Assembly: GCA_036785375.1 (NCBI GenBank) | Contig: JAWMAR010000023.1 | Location: forward strand, 11,222,001-11,286,000 | DNA: 64,000 bases | Direction: 5' to 3' | DNA from: Leucoraja ocellata | Lineage: Eukaryota | Shown here: one piece after another, positions 62,301-64,000 of the stretch | Numbering within the stretch: position 1 is the first letter of the stretch | Layout: each line of letters opens with the position of its first letter | Made by a program: the position numbers and the translations under genes | Notes under the pieces: generated by a model | The model's input: only the letters and a program-made list of their open reading frames with translations | Databases searched by the model: none | What the model was told of the DNA's origin: nothing

Positions 62301-64000
62301 TATTGCAGTACATAGTAGACATTTTACAACTCAGGTGACTAACTTTAGTCACATCGATAAGAAAGGAGCAGCAGGAAAAAAGTAGCCCCATGAGGAATGC
62401 AACCAGTTCTTTGACTTCAATCCAGCAAGCCCAGAGTTAAATTGAAGTAAACTTCATTATAGGGTCTATGGCTCTATAACTTTTATATTTGATTTTTCTC
62501 AATGTGTAAGTGACTGGTATCTCTGGGTTTTGAACCCAAAGTAAACTGTTTTGGAAATAGTGACCGAATGACAAATTAATAATTCATTTGTGATATTAAT
62601 CTTTTTTGAATAGGAGTATATTTAGAAAGTTATCTTGATTACACAGTGCAATGCAATATACAACAAAATGACCGTTAACTTGTAAAACAATTTTATTTTC
62701 TTCATCATCAGGAATTTTTACCTCAATTCCTCCAAGACTGCCGGAGAAAGGCCGATCTACCAGACGTGGTTTGTAGGTGAGCACAGTCGTGGCCTTCAGA
62801 ATGACTGCATTTGTATCATGGCATGACATGTCTTCAACCACTACAAATTCAGTACCTGTGGAAATAATTAGCGTTGGTTCTTTAAGTCATGCTAAATTGG
62901 GATTGGAGACAGAAATGATATTTAACCCTTAAACTACACAATTGAAAAAACAATCCCATTCAATGGGAGTAGCGCAAAAGAATGTTACTTTATTTGAGCA
63001 TGATCCATTAAAAAAAAAATTTGGATGCAGGTTGCTTCAAAGACATTTAAATGCTAATGACATGGTGTTGAACTGGTTTGGTAGCCTGTAAAATAATGGT
63101 TTTATCAAGTCAAATTCACTATGTGCTTTAATCAGATTTGACTTATTCAGGTATTGTAAGAAATAGACCACTGAAGACAATAGATGGCATTTTGCACCTC
63201 AGGATACCGCTGACTAATGCATGTACAAACAATTCTGTGAAAGCAGGAATAAAAATTCAAGAAAATATCTTCTGCAACAGATGGCTCAAATTATATTTTG
63301 AATTCAATGAAGGCTCAGCATTGTATAGTTTACCCCACTGAATTATTTTTCATACATGAACTCTTGCAGCCTCAAGATTTTGTGATGAACATAAGTTATG
63401 CGTGTCCGAGCAAGTAAAATGATTGTTAACAAGCGACTTGAAAGCAGTGAGTCCCATTCGCCCGTCAACATCGCATTTGTGCACAGGCCAGCCAATACTG
63501 CCAGCTGGTCCTCATGGTGAAAACTATTGGTAATTTGAATTCTTCCAAGTCCAGATGAATCCATGCTAAATTAATATTTCAACTGCTGTCCAAACACCAC
63601 CACCTAATTCAGGGGAGAGAATTTCAAACTCTGTCCAATGCCTAAGCAGCTGACCACTATACCCAGTGAACGTCTTACAGCTATGACCACAGGAATGGAG
63701 ATTTTAAGGAAATATAAAATTATTCTCCAGATACCTTCAAAAGAAACAGATCTGGGAACATATAGGCATATAAACATGTATTAACTTTCTAAAGATAAAT
63801 TGCAGTTTTTACCGGTTACGTTGATTTTCACTTCCAGGTATTTCTCATTTGGCATTGGCACAGACGAACGTTTTGTGACAACTCCATACTTGACAGTTTT
63901 GGGAATCAACACTTCGCTGCCCACTTTTCGGTCACGCGCTGGCGAGGCATTTTCTGGTTTCTTTGGGCTGTCAGAGGTTTGCAGGAAATCGCGCACAAGC
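5792..64000 (-). CDS. VPS13D: VPS13D (vacuolar protein sorting 13 homolog D, bridge-like lipid transfer protein), partial multi-exon gene, 35 coding exons in window
   Basis: Spliced minus-strand exons translate to peptides colinear with vertebrate VPS13D as I recall it (e.g. [69 protein letters not shown]). All 34 junctions are phase-compatible; 33 introns are GT-AG and one is GC-AG. Confidence 0.97.
6463..6640. mobile_element. Penelope-derived fold-back insert with an intact hammerhead-like core at 6571-6598
   Basis: CTGAAGA-A-GGGT-ctgg-ACCC-GAAAC-GTC between inverted arms. Confidence 0.75.
7208..7700 (-). mobile_element. Penelope-like retroelement 3' end: GIY-YIG endonuclease plus terminal repeat
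   Basis: [34 protein letters not shown]...HF...[17 protein letters not shown] is a Penelope-type GIY-YIG domain; it is followed by the same terminal repeat found in the short fold-back inserts. Confidence 0.88.
7712..7851 (-). mobile_element. HE1-like V-SINE 5' half
   Basis: Reverse complement of the tRNA head and V core seen at 692-850. Confidence 0.7.
8013..8147 (-). CDS. VPS13D: VPS13D exon (~64), 135 nt
   Basis: [45 protein letters not shown]; gcag|...|gtgaga. Confidence 0.94.
9085..9320 (-). mobile_element. CR1/HER1-type LINE 3' end
   Basis: [19 protein letters not shown] motif plus 3' UTR. Confidence 0.85.
9503..9651 (-). CDS. VPS13D: VPS13D exon (~63), 149 nt, ends at a GC donor
   Basis: VEKPDEN...[29 protein letters not shown]; acag|...AAG|gcgagt. 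Confidence 0.9.
9965..10266 (-). mobile_element. HE1-like V-SINE
   Basis: gtagaacgtgcaaactccatacagacagcac...cccgggtctctggcgctgtgaggcagcaactctac is the reverse complement of the SINE head. Confidence 0.78.
10680..10752. repeat. C-rich low-complexity tract (G-quadruplex-competent on the minus/sense strand)
   Basis: Runs of CCCCC separated by CA/CAT. Confidence 0.8.
11887..13076. mobile_element. Non-autonomous Tc1/mariner(pogo)-type DNA element with GC-rich internal inverted and tandem repeats
   Basis: 22-bp terminal inverted repeats (TIRs) CAGGTGCACAACCTTTTATCCG / CGGATAAAAGGTTGTGCACCTG, TA on both sides (11885-86, 13077-78), subterminal CCGAAA repeats. Confidence 0.85.
13132..13228 (-). CDS. 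VPS13D: VPS13D exon (~62), 97 nt
   Basis: [32 protein letters not shown]; ccag|...|gtacaa. Confidence 0.92.
13800..13932 (+). mobile_element. CR1/HER1-type LINE 3' UTR
   Basis: ggggatatggggagaaggcagg...gatcagccatgatcacattgaatggcggtgctggctcg...tactcctgcacctattgtcta. Confidence 0.8.
15445..15870. mobile_element. Penelope-derived inserts (fold-back 15445-15685, single arm 15775-15870)
   Basis: Same terminal-repeat family as 7208-7305. Confidence 0.75.
16929..17084 (-). CDS. VPS13D: VPS13D exon (~61), 156 nt
   Basis: [14 protein letters not shown]...[22 protein letters not shown]; less common aag| acceptor; |gtgagt. Confidence 0.9.
17324..17865. mobile_element. Penelope fold-back insert (17324-17533, agtaaatgttggta TSD) followed by a CR1 3' fragment on minus (17555-17865)
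   Basis: Inverted arms with a 14-bp flanking duplication; [15 protein letters not shown] motif. Confidence 0.8.
18255..18404 (-). CDS. VPS13D: VPS13D exon (~60), 150 nt
   Basis: [31 protein letters not shown]...SIQDVQ; acag|...|gtaacg. Confidence 0.94.
18783..19266. mobile_element. Non-autonomous hAT-like element containing a Harbinger-MITE end (about 19022-19070) and a (GT)n microsatellite (about 19090-19205)
   Basis: Imperfect TIRs CAGGGGCGGAAATC / GATTTCCATGCCTG; 8-bp flanks GCATCAGT / GCAACAGT (7/8 match). Confidence 0.65.
19633..19752 (-). CDS. VPS13D: VPS13D exon (~59), 120 nt
   Basis: [12 protein letters not shown]...[12 protein letters not shown]; gtag|...|gtgtga. Confidence 0.9.
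20020..20143. mobile_element. Short Penelope-derived fold-back insert
   Basis: Inverted arms; flanking aaat(g/a)aaggtgtca duplication. Confidence 0.7.
20335..20465 (+). mobile_element. Ancient Deu-domain SINE-like relic
   Basis: gagcttgctg...atgtttcttaca...cttgctgtaaaacactt...tgaaagatgctacataa resembles the Deu/AmnSINE-type 3' region; heavily decayed. Confidence 0.4.
21327..21503 (-). CDS. VPS13D: VPS13D exon (~58), 177 nt
   Basis: [18 protein letters not shown]...[30 protein letters not shown]; ctag|...|gtatgc. Confidence 0.92.
21636..21920 (+). mobile_element. HE1-like V-SINE
   Basis: tRNA head (ggtttgatcctgactacgggtgctgtctg), V core and gggccgaagggcctgtttcc...tgtatctctaaac tail. Confidence 0.78.
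23281..23437 (+). mobile_element. CR1-type LINE ORF2 internal fragment
   Basis: NIKTDSKSF...[17 protein letters not shown]...[10 protein letters not shown]; ends about 35 nt from the exon 57 donor. Confidence 0.75.
23474..23582 (-). CDS. VPS13D: VPS13D exon (~57), 109 nt
   Basis: [36 protein letters not shown]; gtag|...|gtaaag. Confidence 0.92.
23650..23853. other. Assembly gap (N run)
   Basis: 204 Ns. Confidence 0.99.
24392..24555 (-). CDS. VPS13D: VPS13D exon (~56), 164 nt, ricin-B-like region
   Basis: [32 protein letters not shown]...[13 protein letters not shown]; ctag|...|gtaatg. Confidence 0.93.
25043..25160 (-). CDS. VPS13D: VPS13D exon (~55), 118 nt
   Basis: [10 protein letters not shown]...[20 protein letters not shown]; tcag|...|gtaaaa. 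Confidence 0.92.
25730..26225 (+). mobile_element. Rex1/Babar-like LINE 3' UTR with a nested, internally rearranged Penelope fold-back (25814-26087)
   Basis: 3' UTR matches 42060-42280; the nested insert is flanked by a ttattccctttat duplication. Confidence 0.75.
26770..27005 (-). CDS. VPS13D: VPS13D exon (~54), 236 nt
   Basis: [15 protein letters not shown]...LDYAWDEP...[17 protein letters not shown]; tcag|...|gtaggt. Confidence 0.94.
28268..28391 (-). CDS. VPS13D: VPS13D exon (~53), 124 nt
   Basis: [41 protein letters not shown]; gcag|...|gtaaat. Confidence 0.94.
29834..30009 (-). CDS. VPS13D: VPS13D exon (~52), 176 nt
   Basis: [34 protein letters not shown]...SFHVNM-R; tcag|...|gtgaga. 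Confidence 0.94.
30060..30220. other. Assembly gap (N run)
   Basis: 161 Ns. Confidence 0.99.
31605..31735 (-). CDS. VPS13D: VPS13D exon (~51), 131 nt
   Basis: [43 protein letters not shown]; tcag|...|gtaggc. Confidence 0.94.
31770..32003. mobile_element. Penelope-derived fold-back insert; hammerhead-like core on minus at 31859-31886
   Basis: Minus strand CTGAAGA-A-GGGT-ccaa-ACCC-GAAAC-GTC; flanking ataaaagcat duplication. Confidence 0.75.
32181..32323 (-). CDS. VPS13D: VPS13D exon (~50), 143 nt
   Basis: [48 protein letters not shown]; gcag|...|gtaagg. Confidence 0.94.
33357..33483 (-). CDS. VPS13D: VPS13D exon (~49), 127 nt
   Basis: [41 protein letters not shown]; acag|...|gtgagt; preceded by a short 115-nt intron. 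Confidence 0.94.
33599..33790 (-). CDS. VPS13D: VPS13D exon (~48), 192 nt
   Basis: [15 protein letters not shown]...[19 protein letters not shown]; tcag|...|gtaaga. Confidence 0.94.
34872..35119 (-). CDS. VPS13D: VPS13D exon (~47), 248 nt
   Basis: [13 protein letters not shown]...[11 protein letters not shown]...[12 protein letters not shown]; ccag|...|gtaaga. Confidence 0.94.
35433..36085. mobile_element. Rex1-like 3' UTR (minus) split by a GC-rich retroposon with an (ATTG)n tail (about 35473-35897, plus)
   Basis: The halves gatacagtgaaa | agcttttgtagcgtgct rejoin into the 3' UTR seen at 42200-42280; the insert ends aataaatctgattgattgattg. Confidence 0.65.
36160..36370 (-). CDS. VPS13D: VPS13D exon (~46), 211 nt
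   Basis: [28 protein letters not shown]...SSKRECHS...SSF-R; tcag|...|gtaagc. Confidence 0.94.
37371..37521 (-). CDS. VPS13D: VPS13D exon (~45), 151 nt
   Basis: [50 protein letters not shown]; gcag|...|gtaagt. Confidence 0.94.
37650..37886. mobile_element. PIF/Harbinger-like palindromic MITE
   Basis: TIRs AGGGCCTGTCCCACTT / AAGTGGGACAGGCCCT with long inverted arms. Confidence 0.8.
38020..38315. mobile_element. Two adjacent Penelope-derived inserts
   Basis: Fold-back 38020-38173 with aaa(t/c)tcttaatcta duplication; single arm from gtctgaagaaagg at about 38198. Confidence 0.72.
38540..38828 (+). mobile_element. CR1/HER1-type LINE 3' end
   Basis: tttttcacacagagagtggtgaatctggaattctctgcc...(TTTCTATG)n tail. 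Confidence 0.85.
39418..39465 (-). CDS. VPS13D: VPS13D small exon (~44), 48 nt
   Basis: [16 protein letters not shown]; gcag|...|gtaagc; phase 0-0. Confidence 0.88.
40508..40643 (-). CDS. VPS13D: VPS13D exon (~43), 136 nt
   Basis: [45 protein letters not shown]; acag|...|gtaact. Confidence 0.93.
40891..41043 (-). CDS. VPS13D: VPS13D exon (~42), 153 nt
   Basis: [10 protein letters not shown]...[23 protein letters not shown]; gtag|...|gtgggt. Confidence 0.93.
41275..41500 (-). mobile_element. CR1/HER1-type LINE 3' end
   Basis: Same 3' UTR as 9085-9320. Confidence 0.8.
41660..41765 (-). CDS. VPS13D: VPS13D exon (~41), 106 nt
   Basis: [35 protein letters not shown]; gcag|...|gtgtgg. Confidence 0.93.
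41826..42280 (+). mobile_element. Rex1/Babar-clade LINE 3' end
   Basis: [31 protein letters not shown]...[17 protein letters not shown] is the Rex1-type RT C-terminus; the 3' UTR ends gtgacaataaactgaac. Confidence 0.8.
42515..43480 (-). mobile_element. Older CR1/L2-group LINE 3' portion with a nested V-SINE tail (about 42640-42780, plus)
   Basis: [25 protein letters not shown]-terminal motif; 3' tail gctggccttgccagcgatg. Confidence 0.6.
45482..45666. mobile_element. Young Penelope fold-back insert: perfect 72-bp stem with a 14-15-bp TSD
   Basis: 45482-45553 is the exact reverse complement of 45559-45630; aataaacaaggaat flanks both sides. Confidence 0.88.
46755..46965 (-). mobile_element. 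CR1/HER1-type LINE 3' end
   Basis: (TAGACAA)n tail, ggccattcggcccttcgagccagcaccgccattcaatgtgatcatggctgatc. Confidence 0.82.
47213..47287 (-). CDS. VPS13D: VPS13D exon (~40), 75 nt, probable alternatively spliced cassette exon
   Basis: (N)[24 protein letters not shown]; symmetric phase 1-1; (CT)n acceptor tract; weak donor gtactg. Confidence 0.9.
47292..47333. repeat. (GA)n microsatellite, which is the (CT)n polypyrimidine tract of exon ~40
   Basis: About 40 nt of GA repeats directly before the acceptor on minus; CTAAC branch-point-like motif at about 47340-47344. Confidence 0.9.
48685..48946. mobile_element. Penelope fold-back insert with a 14-bp TSD and an internal filler
   Basis: aatttctca(t/c)gtga on both sides; inverted arms; doubled tttcgggccgaaacccaagggtttcggcccgaaacg centre. 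Confidence 0.85.
50385..50501 (-). CDS. VPS13D: VPS13D exon (~39), 117 nt
   Basis: [18 protein letters not shown]...VDPLLGQ; atag|...|gtaagt; phases fit neighbours. Confidence 0.88.
50907..51047 (-). CDS. VPS13D: VPS13D exon (~38), 141 nt
   Basis: [46 protein letters not shown]; tag|...|gtaagg. Confidence 0.94.
52960..53141. mobile_element. Penelope fold-back insert with ~80-bp arms
   Basis: 52980-53059 pairs with 53062-53141; apex GGGTC-TC-GACCC. Confidence 0.85.
53822..54005. mobile_element. Penelope fold-back insert
   Basis: Inverted arms tagacacacaatgctggagtaactcagcg / cgctgagttactccagcattgtgtgtcta. Confidence 0.8.
54269..54358 (-). CDS. VPS13D: VPS13D exon (~37), 90 nt
   Basis: (R)[30 protein letters not shown]; ttag|...|gtaaga. 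Confidence 0.92.
54385..54712. mobile_element. PIF/Harbinger-like MITE, near-perfect 328-bp palindrome
   Basis: TIRs AGGGCCTATCCCACTT / AAGTGGGACAGGCCCT; TTA on both sides (54382-84, 54713-15). Confidence 0.85.
55435..55635 (-). CDS. VPS13D: VPS13D exon (~36), 201 nt, end of UBA domain
   Basis: [15 protein letters not shown]...[21 protein letters not shown]; gcag|...|gtaggt. Confidence 0.92.
56298..56349 (-). repeat. Partial duplicate of the UBA exon 3' half and adjacent intron
   Basis: 48/52 identity to 56578-56629; donor GT changed to CT. Confidence 0.9.
56592..56666 (-). CDS. VPS13D: VPS13D exon (~35), 75 nt, N-terminal part of the UBA domain
   Basis: (E)[25 protein letters not shown] with the UBA LGF motif; gcag|...|gtagag. 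Confidence 0.92.
57410..57510 (-). mobile_element. Penelope-derived terminal-repeat arm
   Basis: aatgctggagaaacccagcaggtgaggcagcatctatggagcg...ccttcttcagactga. Confidence 0.72.
57724..57940 (-). CDS. VPS13D: VPS13D exon (~34), 217 nt
   Basis: [26 protein letters not shown]...IDPVL; cag|...|gtaagt. Confidence 0.93.
58198..58565. mobile_element. Penelope arm (58198-58290, plus) inserted at an HE1-like V-SINE (about 58296-58565, minus)
   Basis: cagaaacagg duplicated around the Penelope arm; SINE head ggcagcaactctactgctgcgcca. Confidence 0.75.
60751..61209 (-). mobile_element. Young CR1/HER1-type LINE 3' end with an open ORF2 C-terminus
   Basis: [34 protein letters not shown]...[14 protein letters not shown]; (CATAGAAA)n tail. 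Confidence 0.92.
61455..61890. mobile_element. PIF/Harbinger-like MITE (longer variant)
   Basis: TIRs (T)GGGCCTGTGCCACTTAGGCTATTTT / AAAATAGCCTAAGTGGAACAGGCCCT; TTA on both sides. Confidence 0.8.
62017..62172 (-). CDS. VPS13D: VPS13D exon (~33), 156 nt
   Basis: [20 protein letters not shown]...SEDFPPVLE; cag|...|gtatca; not in ORF track. Confidence 0.92.
62722..62855 (-). CDS. VPS13D: VPS13D exon (~32), 134 nt
   Basis: [44 protein letters not shown]; cag|...|gtaaaa. Confidence 0.93.
63813..64000 (-). CDS. VPS13D: VPS13D exon (~31), truncated by window end
   Basis: ...[23 protein letters not shown]; donor ACCG|gtaaaa, phase 1. Confidence 0.9.

Noticed and set aside
1-64000. CRISPR arrays, prokaryotic operons or rRNA genes
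   Set aside because: The sequence is a spliceosomal intron-rich vertebrate gene; the repeats are dispersed transposon relics, not regularly spaced repeat-spacer arrays.

Overview
Eukaryotic (vertebrate) genomic DNA, most likely a cartilaginous fish of the skate/ray group, judged from HE1-type V-SINEs, CR1/HER1-type LINEs and abundant Penelope-derived repeats. Most of the window is an internal part of VPS13D on the minus strand. I traced 35 consecutive coding exons (about 5.1 kb, about 1,700 codons) from 64000 down to 5792, and all junction phases are compatible. They are probably exons 31-65 by human numbering, which is my inference. They encode the UBA domain, the VAB/SHR-binding region, the ricin-B-like region and the start of the VPS13_C/ATG2_C region. 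The gene continues beyond both ends. The introns are dense with transposon relics, and there are two N gaps. Most notable: (1) three DR5 retinoic-acid-response-like elements clustered at 246-334; (2) about 30 tiny Penelope-derived inserts, many of them fold-backs with ~14-bp target-site duplications (TSDs) that invert at a minimal hammerhead-ribozyme motif; (3) a 75-nt cassette-like exon whose pyrimidine tract is a (CT)n microsatellite; (4) a GC-AG intron; (5) a partial copy of the UBA exon; (6) palindromic DNA-transposon MITEs next to exons. Exon coordinates were read by hand at splice dinucleotides. Repeat boundaries are approximate, and family names come from recalled similarity, not a database search.
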